A DNA stretch of 64,000 nucleotides, taken from the NCBI GenBank assembly GCA_965228855.1, contig CBDDIJ010000002.1, positions 1,408,001-1,472,000 on the forward strand, read 5' to 3'. Shown here piece after piece: positions 10,589 through 20,822 of the stretch. Position 1 is the first letter of the stretch. The number at the start of each line of letters is the position of its first letter. The notes below the pieces were generated by a model, which searched no databases, was not told where the DNA came from, and was given only the letters and a program-made list of their open reading frames with translations. Origin of the DNA: Candidatus Obscuribacterales bacterium (GTDB taxonomy: Bacteria; Cyanobacteriota; Vampirovibrionia; Obscuribacterales; Obscuribacteraceae). The translations under genes were made by a program, and so were the position numbers.

Positions 10589-12010
10589 ATGACCAGGTCA
10601 AAATTGAAATTCTTGTTGGGGTGCCTTTCGCTGTCGATGACAGCGCTTCTATCTACCATACCGGTGCATTCTAAAAATCCTGTTCAATCGCGGACTGGAG
10701 CTAAAACTGCAGGTGGCAAAAAAGTGTCCGAACAAAATTTGATTGCGGCGGGAAATTCATTTGTCGATTTACTGATAGAGGAAAAATTCGATTCGGCAAC
10801 GACAAGATTGGATCAGCAAGTTAAGGCGGCTCTTCCAGCTCCAAAACTTCAACTTGCCTGGCAAGCGTTGAGCGCTCAATACGGTCCGTTCAAGAAACGA
10901 TTGAACTCTTTTGCCGAGCCGCTGCAAGGGCATACCATTGTATTTATACCTTGTCAGTTTGGCGACACAATCGTAGACATCAAAGTAGTGTTTTCCGGAA
11001 GTTCGATGGTTAGCGGGTTTTTCATCGAGCCTCATCGCGAAGCTACTAAATCGGCACCGTATGTGAAGGCAGGTTCATTTACCGAGGAGAAGGTAGTAAT
11101 TGGACGCGGGCGCTGGCAACTCCCCGGTTTACTGACTGTTCCCAAAGGTGAAGGTCCTTTCCCCGCAGCTGTTCTCGTGCACGGCTCCGGCCCTCACGAC
11201 CAGGATGAGACAATCGGCCCGAACAAACCTTTTCGTGACCTCGCTGAAGGTCTTGCTTCACATGGTATTGCAGTTCTTCGCTATGAGAAGCGGACCAAAG
11301 CGCACGGGAAGCAGATGACCGCCGACGATTTGAAGAAGTTCACCATCATGGATGAAACTGTTGACGATGCGATTGAAGCCGGTAATTTCCTGCGTACCAG
11401 ACCGAAGGTTGATAAAAACAGAATCATCGTAATCGGGCACAGCTTAGGTGGTTTCGTCGTTCCTCGTATCGCAGCAGGAGATAAACAGCTGCGCGGGTTT
11501 GTGCTGCTGGCGGCAAATAACGGACCTACCGAAGATGCAATTGCGCGGCAGACAAAATACATTTCAGAGCTTGACGGTCCTCAAAATGTAAGACCCGAGC
11601 TTCTCAAACAGATTGAAGAAGTGAGGGCGCAAGGTGAAAAAATCAAGAAATTGACAGCGGCCGATTTAAACAGCGGGACGATAATACTTGGAGCTGCCCC
11701 GGCTTACTGGTTGGATTTGAGGGCTCACGATCCGCTTGTGGAGATTAAGAACGTCAATCGCCCGATGCTGTTTATGCAGGGAGGGCGTGACTATCAAGTC
11801 ACCGCAGATGGTGACTTCGCTCGCTGGAAGGATGCAATGAAGTCTTCGGGAAAAGAGTCCTTATGCCAGTTTAAGCTCTATCCTGATTTGAACCATCTGA
11901 TGATAGCAGGACAGGGCAAATGTGTTCCGGCGGAGTATACGACTAAGTCAGGTAATGTAGACGAAGCCGTGGTGCAGGACATTGCGACCTGGATTAAAGA
12001 TTTGAATTGA
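10589..12010 (+). CDS. Exported alpha/beta hydrolase with an N-terminal DUF3887-like domain
   Basis: SD GGAGGT before ATG 10589; signal peptide; VHGSGPHD, GHSLGG nucleophile elbow, QGGRDYQV and LNH (Ser-Asp-His triad). Confidence 0.85.
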   Translation: MTRSKLKFLLGCLSLSMTALLSTIPVHSKNPVQSRTGAKTAGGKKVSEQNLIAAGNSFVDLLIEEKFDSATTRLDQQVKAALPAPKLQLAWQALSAQYGPFKKRLNSFAEPLQGHTIVFIPCQFGDTIVDIKVVFSGSSMVSGFFIEPHREATKSAPYVKAGSFTEEKVVIGRGRWQLPGLLTVPKGEGPFPAAVLVHGSGPHDQDETIGPNKPFRDLAEGLASHGIAVLRYEKRTKAHGKQMTADDLKKFTIMDETVDDAIEAGNFLRTRPKVDKNRIIVIGHSLGGFVVPRIAAGDKQLRGFVLLAANNGPTEDAIARQTKYISELDGPQNVRPELLKQIEEVRAQGEKIKKLTAADLNSGTIILGAAPAYWLDLRAHDPLVEIKNVNRPMLFMQGGRDYQVTADGDFARWKDAMKSSGKESLCQFKLYPDLNHLMIAGQGKCVPAEYTTKSGNVDEAVVQDIATWIKDLN

Positions 12011-12019
12011 CGCCCGAAG

Positions 12020-13942
12020 TTAGTTCGTCACTTGAATGCTTCCAACCGGCGCTTCGAATAGCGCTTCCGGCTCGCCTGTTCCTATCCCGTTGAGGAAACG
12101 CAATTTCCGTTTTGTATCGGAGTCAACGAGCGAGAGGAAAACGTCATATTTGCCAGGTGTAAGTTGCGCAGGCGTTTTCAATTCCTCAGCCCACTGGATC
12201 GGTTTTCCCGAACTCCATGCGTTAGTCGGTGTTTCCGGCGTGTGCAGTAGGCGTGCAATTGGTTTGCCGTTCGTGTCGCGCAGCTCGAGCTGAACCTTAT
12301 AACTGGATGCTATATCCTTGTCGAGCTGCCGCGATGGCTTTAACGCCGATGCCGCGCCCAGGTTCAAGAACGTGAACGAGGCTTTGAGCGGGTCTCCGGC
12401 TTTCAGATCTTTCGGAAGTGAAACTTCTTTCGACACGATTTGATAACCCATTCGCTGCCGAATGTCGTGCATAGCCGTCTTGGTCGTTTCGTCGGCATTG
12501 TTGATGACGTCTATTGGAACTTCGCAGAAGCTGATGCCGTCTTCACCCGCTGCTTTCACGAGTTTCGGCATGTCTTTGACTGCAAAGTCGTTGGTCATGC
12601 GATATCCGGTGAGCGTGTCCGGATGGAACTTGAGCAGAAGCCTGTAATCGTCGAAGCCGTGGTGACCGTCTTTGACGCCGTGTCTGGTCACATAGATGCG
12701 TTGTCCGTAACGATAGACGAGATAGTCCGCTATCTCATCGAGACTGTCTTGACCTTTTCTGTTGAGAGTGGGCGGGCTCACATCGAAGTTAAGCCTGGTC
12801 ACGGTGAATGCTTTAGGGAAAAGATCGGCAACGTATTTCCAGTGTTCGATCAACTGGCGTTGCGTCATGCCGAATTGCTTTTCAAGAATTCTGGTTACTT
12901 CGCGTTTTGCCTCTTTGCCAGCCCCTTTGTCGTCGTCGTCGCTATCGGTAGACTTGCTTGCGCTGTCGTTGCTGGCGGTTTTGCTTGCATCAGAGTTAGC
13001 TGATTTATCGCCCTCCGTTTTGCCGGCATCGGCTTTCTCGGTGGTTACTTCCGTAGCGCTGTCGGTCGATTCCGAAGCGGCAGCAGTTTTATCCGCATCA
13101 GTCTTATCGGTTTTCTCGCTTGTCTCGTCCGCCGGTTTTTCAGCGGAACCATCGGCAGGGGCAGTACTATCAGTGGTGCCTTCCTTGCCTTTCTCCGGTT
13201 TCGCTTTGATTTCTGCGCCAATGGTTTGTTTCACTGACGTTACGAAATCGGGTATGACGTTCGTTCCACCGAGAACGCCACCGCCTGTGATGCCTATGCT
13301 GTGGATATTCGGATTCTTATCGTAAGTTTCACCGAGTTCGTTGATCAGGTTGGACCATTTTGCCAGATAGTTTGGATCCCAGAAGATCGGCATTTGATGC
13401 TCATTGCCATCGGTGCCAACATAAACGATCGATCTTGAAGTCGGATCTTGAAAGACCCAATCGGGAGTATCTGACTTGGCGGTATCGTCCACGCCGCAAG
13501 TCGACACTCGAAGGATCAAAGTTTTGTTTGCCTCTTTGCAAAGTTCCAAAAGAGAATCAATCGGTTTGAAATTGGTCTCGCCTTCTACAGGCTCAAGAAG
13601 TCTCCAGGGAAGCAACACTGAAATGCCGTTGACGTCCGGTTTTTGCAAAACTGACTTGATCGCTTCCGTGTCGCTTATCTTGTTCAAATCGACAATGGCG
13701 AAGAACCCGAGTTCCTTGTTTTCAACAGGCTTCGCACCTTCGACTTCAAGAGTTTTAAATCCCTTTTTCTTGATTACGCGGTCCTGCGATTTGTTTAAAT
13801 ACAGATTTTTTTCCGGTACGGGATTGAGGTATTTGAGGACCTCGACAGCTTTATTTTTGGCTTGTACAGCTGGGGAAAGTCCAATCGAGGATGCCACGCA
13901 GACTGCCAGTGCTATCGGGATTACTCTCGTTCCTTTAATCAT
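12020..13942 (-). CDS. Exported glycoside-hydrolase-like TIM-barrel protein with a DUF4832-like C-terminal beta-sandwich
   Basis: Signal peptide; W..LEP.EG..NF, TPDWVF and PIFWDP.Y resemble GH42-type barrels; MGYQIV...F.NLGAA and PGKYDV.L resemble DUF4832. Confidence 0.6.
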   Translation of the reverse strand: MIKGTRVIPIALAVCVASSIGLSPAVQAKNKAVEVLKYLNPVPEKNLYLNKSQDRVIKKKGFKTLEVEGAKPVENKELGFFAIVDLNKISDTEAIKSVLQKPDVNGISVLLPWRLLEPVEGETNFKPIDSLLELCKEANKTLILRVSTCGVDDTAKSDTPDWVFQDPTSRSIVYVGTDGNEHQMPIFWDPNYLAKWSNLINELGETYDKNPNIHSIGITGGGVLGGTNVIPDFVTSVKQTIGAEIKAKPEKGKEGTTDSTAPADGSAEKPADETSEKTDKTDADKTAAASESTDSATEVTTEKADAGKTEGDKSANSDASKTASNDSASKSTDSDDDDKGAGKEAKREVTRILEKQFGMTQRQLIEHWKYVADLFPKAFTVTRLNFDVSPPTLNRKGQDSLDEIADYLVYRYGQRIYVTRHGVKDGHHGFDDYRLLLKFHPDTLTGYRMTNDFAVKDMPKLVKAAGEDGISFCEVPIDVINNADETTKTAMHDIRQRMGYQIVSKEVSLPKDLKAGDPLKASFTFLNLGAASALKPSRQLDKDIASSYKVQLELRDTNGKPIARLLHTPETPTNAWSSGKPIQWAEELKTPAQLTPGKYDVFLSLVDSDTKRKLRFLNGIGTGEPEALFEAPVGSIQVTN

Positions 13943-14132
13943 TTCAGCTCGCTCCGTCTTCGAATTTCCGGTTGGGTCGCAGATTATTTTCTCGCCGATT
14001 TATCGGCAGGCGCTTAGCAACTCGGTTTTAAACCTATGATTTTACTAGTAAAAGAATTTTATTCGGCTAAAAATGTTAGGATTTCATTCCTGAACTAGCA
14101 AGTTCAAAGGTTTCAACACCTCGAAAAGCGAG

Positions 14133-14900
14133 TTGGAGACCGGTTCTTTGACGCTCACATTCCTAGGTCACAGTGCGATTCATTTCGAGGCTCACGGTCT
14201 CGATATATTCGTTGACCCGTACTTAAGAGATCCGGTTGACCTGAACCGGCTTCCAAGAGGTCACGTGGTTTTATTCAGTCACGGTCACTTCGATACCGGC
14301 GTGCTGTTGGCTCCGATGCTTTATGAACGCTGGAAGTGCCAGTTTGTAGGTCCGAAAAAGCTGATCAACTGGATGCGCCGCAAATTTAAAAAGCAAATTC
14401 GGGTCGAGGACATGATCGCGATCGATCACGGACAGTCTCTTTATTTTGGCGACGTGAAAGTCACCGCGGTTCCTGCGCATCATCCTCTTAATCGGCTGGG
14501 GAAAACGATAATGGCCTTGTTCGCCCGCAGCAGGGCGCCGGCAAAGCCTGTCAACGGCTACCATTTCGCCGGTTACTATCACGCCGGCGCGACGATTTAT
14601 TCACCTGCGGTAGCCGAGGCCGTAAAGGGTTTAAACATTCACACTGCTTGCCTGCCGATTGGCGGCAAGTATGCGACCGCATCGCCAGCGGAGGCATTGC
14701 GTCTAGCCGAAGAGATCGGCGCCGAGCGCCTGGTGCCGATGCACTGGCAACCGTTGATGGACCAGGTTTTCTTCCGGTATCAACCCTCAGACTTGATTCG
14801 CCTGGCAAAAACAGAAAACAGCAAAGTCTCAATCTGTCCCTTGGCGATAGGTGAAACTCTTCAACTTGGCGCAGAAGCTAAAGACCCTCTGTTGACCTGA
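14133..14900 (+). CDS. Metallo-beta-lactamase-fold protein (UPF0173/UlaG-like) with partly degenerate metal ligands
   Basis: LTFLGHS, VDPY, SHGHFDT, VPAHH, YHAGAT, LPIGG, PMHW. Confidence 0.8.
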   Translation: METGSLTLTFLGHSAIHFEAHGLDIFVDPYLRDPVDLNRLPRGHVVLFSHGHFDTGVLLAPMLYERWKCQFVGPKKLINWMRRKFKKQIRVEDMIAIDHGQSLYFGDVKVTAVPAHHPLNRLGKTIMALFARSRAPAKPVNGYHFAGYYHAGATIYSPAVAEAVKGLNIHTACLPIGGKYATASPAEALRLAEEIGAERLVPMHWQPLMDQVFFRYQPSDLIRLAKTENSKVSICPLAIGETLQLGAEAKDPLLT

Positions 14901-14937
14901 GCGCTTAACCTTTCAAAAACGGTCTCCGAATCGCATA

Positions 14938-16446
14938 TTGAGGGATCGTAATCTGGGTAGAACTATTTTATGGCGAATTACCTGGCGACTTTCACGGTCG
15001 GCAGGTCAGATAAATAAGTTGGCGATGTTGCAAAACAAGGGTCAGGAAGAGAGAAACGCACAGTCCATGCCTAGGCAGGACTCGCCTCCGACTGTCGAGC
15101 AACTGAGTTTGATGCAGGCTCAAGCCGCCAGCAGTGGGCAAGTCCAGCAACTGCCTTTCGGTAAGATTCCCGAAGATTACCTGCTGAAAGTAATGTGTGA
15201 CCGTAATTCCGCGGCCTTCAAGTGGCGATTGGAGCGTCCTTCCAAGGGCTTGATCGAATGGGAAGAAGGCAATCGGGAAGTTCAAAATATCCACACGCTG
15301 ATAGTTCGCCGAGTGATGCAGGCGCAGACGCACTCGGAGCAGTTTCGCACCTTGAGAACCAAGGTTCACAAACCGACCCTGGAAGGCGAACTGCAAGATA
15401 TGCCGATGCCGAACCTGATTCAATCTATACAAATGAATAAAGGGACGGGGCGACTGGAAATCGAGTCGTCAAGCGGGGAAGCCTTCGTCTACTTCGTTCA
15501 GGGCGAACCGGTTCATTCAGTCTTCAACGACAGCGAAGGCGATGAAGGCGTGCTTGAGTTGATGAGTGTCTCGCAAGGCAATTTTCGGTTTTTCAAAGAA
15601 CCCAAGTGCAATGAAAAGACGGTGACCAGACCATTGCAGGTTTTGTTGATGGAAGGTGCCGCACTGGTCGACCATTTTGCCTTCCTCACAAAACTTGGAG
15701 TCGGGCTTGAGACCTTTCTGATTCGAAACCATGCCACCATGTCCGAGACGCTTTTCGAGCAGATGGTGAAGGACGGTTGTGGTGCGCCGATGGACACGCA
15801 GAAGCGTTTCTACCAGGAGGTTGATAATCAGAGCACTATCCTCGAGATTTTGCGGCGCGTGCCGCTATCGAAATCGCGCTGGGTTCCGATTGTCTTCAAC
15901 CTGATTTCGTGTGGATTGTGTTCCTATCGGGATCGTGTGCCTGACCTGGGCGCTACGTCGCGCGATGCGACCATCGATTGGACTCAAGTCAAGCGCGTGG
16001 AAAGCGTCTTGAGAAGACCGGATACGGGTGTTTATACCTACCCGGCGTTTCTACTTTTTCTGGAGAAAGAATTTTTCCGCTACGAAAGGTTCAAGACTCC
16101 GTTTGCCGTAATGACGCTTGATATCAAAGTCCGCCGAAAAGATTCAATTGAGCCCTTGCCGATGGAGGCGTTGAAAGAAGTTCTTGAGCGCGTCAACAAG
16201 CTCATTCGAAGGACCGATATGCTGTTTCATTACGAGACTCTTGGCTTTGCGATTCTGATGCCGGAAACAGGTTTTGAATCTGCCAAGATCTTTGCGTTGA
16301 GACTTGCTGAGATTTTAATGTCGAAGCATCTTGCCAACGAGAAAGGTTCGTACCCGATCGTGGCTTCGGTCGGCTTTGCCGCACTTCCGGACAGCTGCGA
16401 ATCTCTGGGAGCTCTTATTTCTCTTGCGCAGGCGCCGTCACGATGA
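14938..16446 (+). CDS. DUF4388 domain protein with a degenerate C-terminal GGDEF-like domain
   Basis: LEGELQDMPMPNLIQSI...TGRLEI...YFVQGEPVH...GNFRF...LLMEGA (DUF4388), then DTGVY...EFFRYER...RRTD...FAILMPET...ASVGFA (GGDEF fold). Start uncertain. Confidence 0.75.
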   Translation: MRDRNLGRTILWRITWRLSRSAGQINKLAMLQNKGQEERNAQSMPRQDSPPTVEQLSLMQAQAASSGQVQQLPFGKIPEDYLLKVMCDRNSAAFKWRLERPSKGLIEWEEGNREVQNIHTLIVRRVMQAQTHSEQFRTLRTKVHKPTLEGELQDMPMPNLIQSIQMNKGTGRLEIESSSGEAFVYFVQGEPVHSVFNDSEGDEGVLELMSVSQGNFRFFKEPKCNEKTVTRPLQVLLMEGAALVDHFAFLTKLGVGLETFLIRNHATMSETLFEQMVKDGCGAPMDTQKRFYQEVDNQSTILEILRRVPLSKSRWVPIVFNLISCGLCSYRDRVPDLGATSRDATIDWTQVKRVESVLRRPDTGVYTYPAFLLFLEKEFFRYERFKTPFAVMTLDIKVRRKDSIEPLPMEALKEVLERVNKLIRRTDMLFHYETLGFAILMPETGFESAKIFALRLAEILMSKHLANEKGSYPIVASVGFAALPDSCESLGALISLAQAPSR

Positions 16447-16689
16447 AAGTAGAAAGCTTGCGACTAGCAAAGGGGCCAATAATGTTTTGCATTTTGGAAA
16501 TAACGTGAACAATGTGGTCAGCTTTTCGAGAAACTGGGCACAATATGATCGCTTTTAGAAACCGAAGATGAAACTTTTAATACCATTAGTACTACAATTG
16601 AAGGCAATTTCTGGCAGCTTGGCAGTTAACTTCTGCGAAACTGCGTAAGTTCTGTCCAGCAAGCCGATCCCCGCGGCGTTTGCGCTTAG

Positions 16690-16695
16690 TATAAT
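16690..16695 (+). promoter_or_regulatory. Putative -10 box (TATAAT) upstream of dnaK
   Basis: Exact TATAAT about 50 nt upstream of the dnaK ATG; no clear -35 box. Confidence 0.35.
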
Positions 16696-16742
16696 TTCGG
16701 GGTCTCCACCTAAATCAAAGGAGCAGAGGGAGTTTCAAAGAT

Positions 16743-18710
16743 ATGGGTAAATCAGTAGGCATTGACTTGGGAACCACAAACTCCGTAGTCGCGGTAATGG
16801 AAGGCGGTGTACCCACCGTGGTTTCCAATGCCGAAGGTGGCCGAACGACGCCCTCGGTGGTGGCTTTCACTAAATCCGGGGAACGATTGGTCGGACAGTT
16901 GGCTCGACGCCAGGCTGTTTTGAATCCTGAGAACACCGTTTATTCAATCAAACGGTTTATGGGTCGTCGTTTTAACGAAGTAGATTCCGAGAAGAAACTC
17001 GTTTCCTACAAGGTCAAAGAAGGTTCGGACGGCGGATGCAAAGTCGCGATTCAAGGTAAGGATTATTCGCCAGAAGAAATTTCGGCAATGATTCTGCGCA
17101 AGCTCAAAGAAGATGCTGAGAAGTATCTCGGTGAGAAAGTCACCAGCGCAGTTATCACAGTTCCTGCATACTTTAACGACTCGCAAAGACAATCAACGAA
17201 GAACGCCGGCACCATCGCCGGTCTCGAAGTGCTCAGAATCATCAACGAGCCTACAGCAGCAGCGCTCGCATATGGTCTGGATAAGAAAGAAAACGAAGTC
17301 ATCCTTGTATTCGACTTGGGCGGCGGTACTTTCGACGTTTCGATTCTCGAAGTGGGCGAAGGCGTTTTCGAAGTTAAGTCGACATCCGGCGATACGCACC
17401 TTGGCGGAGACGATTTCGACGCCTGTGTAGTCGGCTGGGTTGCCGACGAATTCATGAACCTGGAAGGCATCGACCTCCGCAAAGACAGGCAAGCACTTCA
17501 GCGACTCACTGAAGCTTCTGAAAAAGCGAAGATCGAACTTTCAGCAGTAACTGAAACAAACATCTCTCTTCCATTCATTACGGCAGACGCTTCAGGTCCT
17601 AAACACCTGGAGATGAAACTGACGAGAGCTCGCTTCAACGAACTCACGCGTCACCTTGTCGAGCGTTGCCGCCATCCTATGGAGCAGGCATTGAAAGATG
17701 CGAAGCTCTCGTACGAGGGATTGGATGAAGTTGTACTCGTAGGTGGTTCGACTCGTATCCCCGCTGTTCAAGAGCTTGTTGCAAGTTTGACAGGCGGCAA
17801 GGAGCCCAACCAAACAGTTAACCCTGACGAAGTAGTCGCAGTCGGCGCCGCCATCCAGGCAGGCGTACTGGGCGGCGAAGTCAAAGGTGTCGTGCTCCTC
17901 GACGTCACGCCACTGTCCCTCGGTATCGAAACCATGGGCGGTGTTATGACCAAGCTGGTAGAGCGCAACACCACGATTCCGACAAGAAAGACAGAAGTGT
18001 TCTCCACCGCCGAAGATAACCAGACGGCTGTAGACATCTACGTCTTCCAGGGCGAGCGTCCGATGGCACGCGATAACAAGCTGCTCGGGAACTTCCGCCT
18101 CGACGGAATCGCGGCTGCTCCTAGAGGGCAACCAAAAATCGAAGTGACCTTCGACATCGACGCCAACGGTATCTTGAACGTCACAGCACGTGACCAGGCG
18201 ACCGGCAAAGAACAGAAGATCACGATTACCGCTTCGACCAACATGGGCAAGGAAGATATCGAGCGCGCGATTCGCGAAGCCGAAGCCCATGCCGCGGACG
18301 ACAGAAACCGCAAGGAATCGGCAGATGTACGAAACGAAGGCGACAGCATCTGCTACGCCGTCGAACGTCAAATCCGCGACCTTGGCGACAAAGTCAGCCC
18401 CGGAGAAAAATCCAGAGCAGAGATGTTGGTTTCGGACTTGCGTCAAAAACTCAAGGACGATGCAGACCTCGACACACTGAAGTCGATTATGAACGAACTC
18501 AGAGGTGCATTGGTTCTCTTGCAACAAGCTGCCCGCGCCAAAGACCTTCAAAATCAACAGGACGGAATCGATGCCTCCTATGAAGGATACGAGGACGGTG
18601 GCGGATACGATACCGGCGGCGGCTACGAAAGTGGCGGCGGCGGGTACGACGAAAGCGGCTACACCGCATCCGATCAGGATGTTGTAGATGCTGAGTTCCG
18701 CGAGGAATAG
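16743..18710 (+). CDS. dnaK: Molecular chaperone DnaK (Hsp70)
   Basis: [45 protein letters not shown] and C-terminal DVVDAEF. Confidence 0.99.
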   Translation: MGKSVGIDLGTTNSVVAVMEGGVPTVVSNAEGGRTTPSVVAFTKSGERLVGQLARRQAVLNPENTVYSIKRFMGRRFNEVDSEKKLVSYKVKEGSDGGCKVAIQGKDYSPEEISAMILRKLKEDAEKYLGEKVTSAVITVPAYFNDSQRQSTKNAGTIAGLEVLRIINEPTAAALAYGLDKKENEVILVFDLGGGTFDVSILEVGEGVFEVKSTSGDTHLGGDDFDACVVGWVADEFMNLEGIDLRKDRQALQRLTEASEKAKIELSAVTETNISLPFITADASGPKHLEMKLTRARFNELTRHLVERCRHPMEQALKDAKLSYEGLDEVVLVGGSTRIPAVQELVASLTGGKEPNQTVNPDEVVAVGAAIQAGVLGGEVKGVVLLDVTPLSLGIETMGGVMTKLVERNTTIPTRKTEVFSTAEDNQTAVDIYVFQGERPMARDNKLLGNFRLDGIAAAPRGQPKIEVTFDIDANGILNVTARDQATGKEQKITITASTNMGKEDIERAIREAEAHAADDRNRKESADVRNEGDSICYAVERQIRDLGDKVSPGEKSRAEMLVSDLRQKLKDDADLDTLKSIMNELRGALVLLQQAARAKDLQNQQDGIDASYEGYEDGGGYDTGGGYESGGGGYDESGYTASDQDVVDAEFREE

Positions 18711-18743
18711 TTAGCGACTCGATAGAGTCGGCGAAACATTGAG

Positions 18744-18774
18744 CGAGCCCGGCGGAACAAGCCGGGCTCGTTTT
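18744..18774 (+). terminator. Intrinsic terminator after dnaK
   Basis: Perfect 10-bp stem CGAGCCCGGC/GCCGGGCTCG, 7-nt loop, followed by TTTT. Confidence 0.8.
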
Positions 18775-18855
18775 CGTCTGGACTGCTTACGCCGCTTTTC
18801 GTTCCGGGGTTTTCCCGATGCCGTTCCAGAAAAGTGGTGATATCCTTTAGATAGG

Positions 18856-19899
18856 GTGGGTAATTATTGGAACGCGAAGATTCACCAGTGGAGACGTTTC
18901 CCAAGTATGCGGCAGAATACGAATACTAACGACAAACGAAAACACATTCCTTTGATGGCAACCATGGCGGTTCTTGGTTTGCTTAACGCAAACCCTGCTG
19001 TGGGTGCCAATCCGTCATCCAAGCCGGCTGCGAAGCCTGCCACTCCGGCTCCAACAACGAATCCTTTTAACGATTTGAAGGGTTTGGAGCGCAGATTTTT
19101 CTTTCATGAATACGATCACGATCCACTCGAAAAGCGCCTGGAGCGCATCGAGCTGCTGGTGTTTGGCAGCGCGCAGGAAGGCGAAAATACCGCGCGTTTG
19201 CAGCGCTTGCAGACTGCGGTAACTTCCAGAGACCGGGAGGCTGCTCATAAGCTCGAAGAGAAGAATCGAGCGTTGAAGGCTCCGGTTCCAACTCCCAAGG
19301 CGACCGCTCCCACTTCGAGCGCGCAGTATCCGATTCTGCAAACTCTGGAATGGCGCGCCTTACAGAAGACTTACGGAAGTGAGTCGCTCGATCAACGATT
19401 GGACAGGCTGGAGACTTCCCTTCTGGGTCAGCCCAGTCCGGCGATGTCTTACGCCGATCGCATCGAAAGACTCAAGAAGATGATTGGTATTCAAACAGCT
19501 GTAACTCCGCTGCCAAAAACCAATATCCCACGCGGTCCGCTTCCGCGAGCAACGGCAAAACGTCAGCCTAATTACAGTCCCTACATCACACCGCTCCCGC
19601 GAAGTGGCGGCGAAGATTGGGGTACCGAGGGCGATGGCGATGATATGACCTTTGACGACGACATGCGCACTCAGATGTCGAATGATTTGCAAACCATGAT
19701 GGAGTTTATGCAGCGTATGCAGGGCGGCTCCATGCCTGGATTCAGATCTCCTGGCGTCATGCCGGGTTTGCCGTTTGGCGGTCGCGGAATTCTGATCCCG
19801 TCAGCACCTGGAAATGGTGGCTCTGCTGCACCGTATGCGGTGCCAGCTCAACCGAAAAGACCGAAGCTTCCGCCTTATGCCGATCCAAACTCGATTTAG
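18856..19899 (+). CDS. Exported protein with two helical LE...D/E.L..RL.R.E...G repeats and a Pro/Gly/Met-rich tail
   Basis: Signal-like segment; repeats LERRFFFHEYDHDPLEKRLERIELLVFG and LEWRALQKTYGSESLDQRLDRLETSLLG. True start probably 18907 or later. Confidence 0.7.
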   Translation: MGNYWNAKIHQWRRFPSMRQNTNTNDKRKHIPLMATMAVLGLLNANPAVGANPSSKPAAKPATPAPTTNPFNDLKGLERRFFFHEYDHDPLEKRLERIELLVFGSAQEGENTARLQRLQTAVTSRDREAAHKLEEKNRALKAPVPTPKATAPTSSAQYPILQTLEWRALQKTYGSESLDQRLDRLETSLLGQPSPAMSYADRIERLKKMIGIQTAVTPLPKTNIPRGPLPRATAKRQPNYSPYITPLPRSGGEDWGTEGDGDDMTFDDDMRTQMSNDLQTMMEFMQRMQGGSMPGFRSPGVMPGLPFGGRGILIPSAPGNGGSAAPYAVPAQPKRPKLPPYADPNSI

Positions 19900-19932
19900 G
19901 TCGGTGACCTGGAGTTGCGACTCAAGCGCTAA

Positions 19933-20763
19933 CTACTGTTGCTGCATTGTGATGGACTCAATCTTGTCCATCTTTTGAATGCGTTGAACTACGTCCAGTC
20001 CGCTGATGACGCCACCAAATACGGTGTACTTGAAGTCCAGGTTCGGCTGTGGCCCGAGGGTTATGTAAAACTGACAGCTAGCGGAGTTTGGGTTCTTCGG
20101 AAAGCGAGCCATCGCCACTACACCGGCCGCGTTGTGTTTCACAAGTGGCGATGATTCGAGCATGAGCATGCGAGGCTGGTTGGTTTTGGGATCGATGTAT
20201 AAGCCGGAGCCGTTTCCGTTGGGGCATCCGCCCTGGATGACGAAACCTGGTTCGACTCTGTGCCAGAGCAGCCCGTTGTAAAAGCCGGAGTTGACCATCT
20301 CTGTGAATGCTTCAACAGTTTTCGGTGCGAATTGTTTGAATAGTCGGATCGTGATGGTACCGCGATTGGTTTGGATCACGGCAATCGGATCGGGACCGCT
20401 GGCGCTGCTCTGAGGCGGTGGTTGCTGACCCGGAGGATAAACGGGCATTCCCTTGTGTCCGGCGGGGACTCCCGGCGGTTGTTGTTGCTGTTGACCCGCA
20501 AAGAATCCGAATTTCGCATTGGAACCGGCCGGCGGCGGTTGCGCGCCCTTTGCCGCCCCGCCTCCGATGCCGGGAGTCTGGCTATCCGGTACTGAACTGG
20601 CACTGGCACTGGTGCTGGTGCCTGTTTGATTGGTAAGAGTGACATCCGGAGGGACGAGTTCCGGCGGAAGGCTATCTGCAAGCGCCGGTGTTACCTGCGT
20701 CGTAGTTATTAGCGCAATTAAAAATGCGGTTTTAGAAAACAGCTTCGCGCACTTCGATATCAT
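19933..20763 (-). CDS. Exported cyclophilin-type peptidyl-prolyl isomerase
   Basis: APKTV, FYNGLLWHRVEPGFVIQGG, VAMAR, SASCQFYI, YTVFG; signal peptide plus a P/Q-rich linker. Confidence 0.93.
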   Translation of the reverse strand: MISKCAKLFSKTAFLIALITTTQVTPALADSLPPELVPPDVTLTNQTGTSTSASASSVPDSQTPGIGGGAAKGAQPPPAGSNAKFGFFAGQQQQQPPGVPAGHKGMPVYPPGQQPPPQSSASGPDPIAVIQTNRGTITIRLFKQFAPKTVEAFTEMVNSGFYNGLLWHRVEPGFVIQGGCPNGNGSGLYIDPKTNQPRMLMLESSPLVKHNAAGVVAMARFPKNPNSASCQFYITLGPQPNLDFKYTVFGGVISGLDVVQRIQKMDKIESITMQQQ

Positions 20764-20822
20764 GGTGTCCTCGCTCTTCGCCTAATATGCATTCTAATAA
20801 ATGATTGAAATTCGCGCACTTC

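Noticed and set aside
16447..16742. CIRCE (HrcA operator) upstream of dnaK
   Set aside because: No TTAGCACTC-N9-GAGTGCTAA-like inverted repeat found.
17592..18557. 321-aa minus-strand ORF inside dnaK
   Set aside because: Antisense shadow ORF typical of dnaK codon usage; no motifs of its own.
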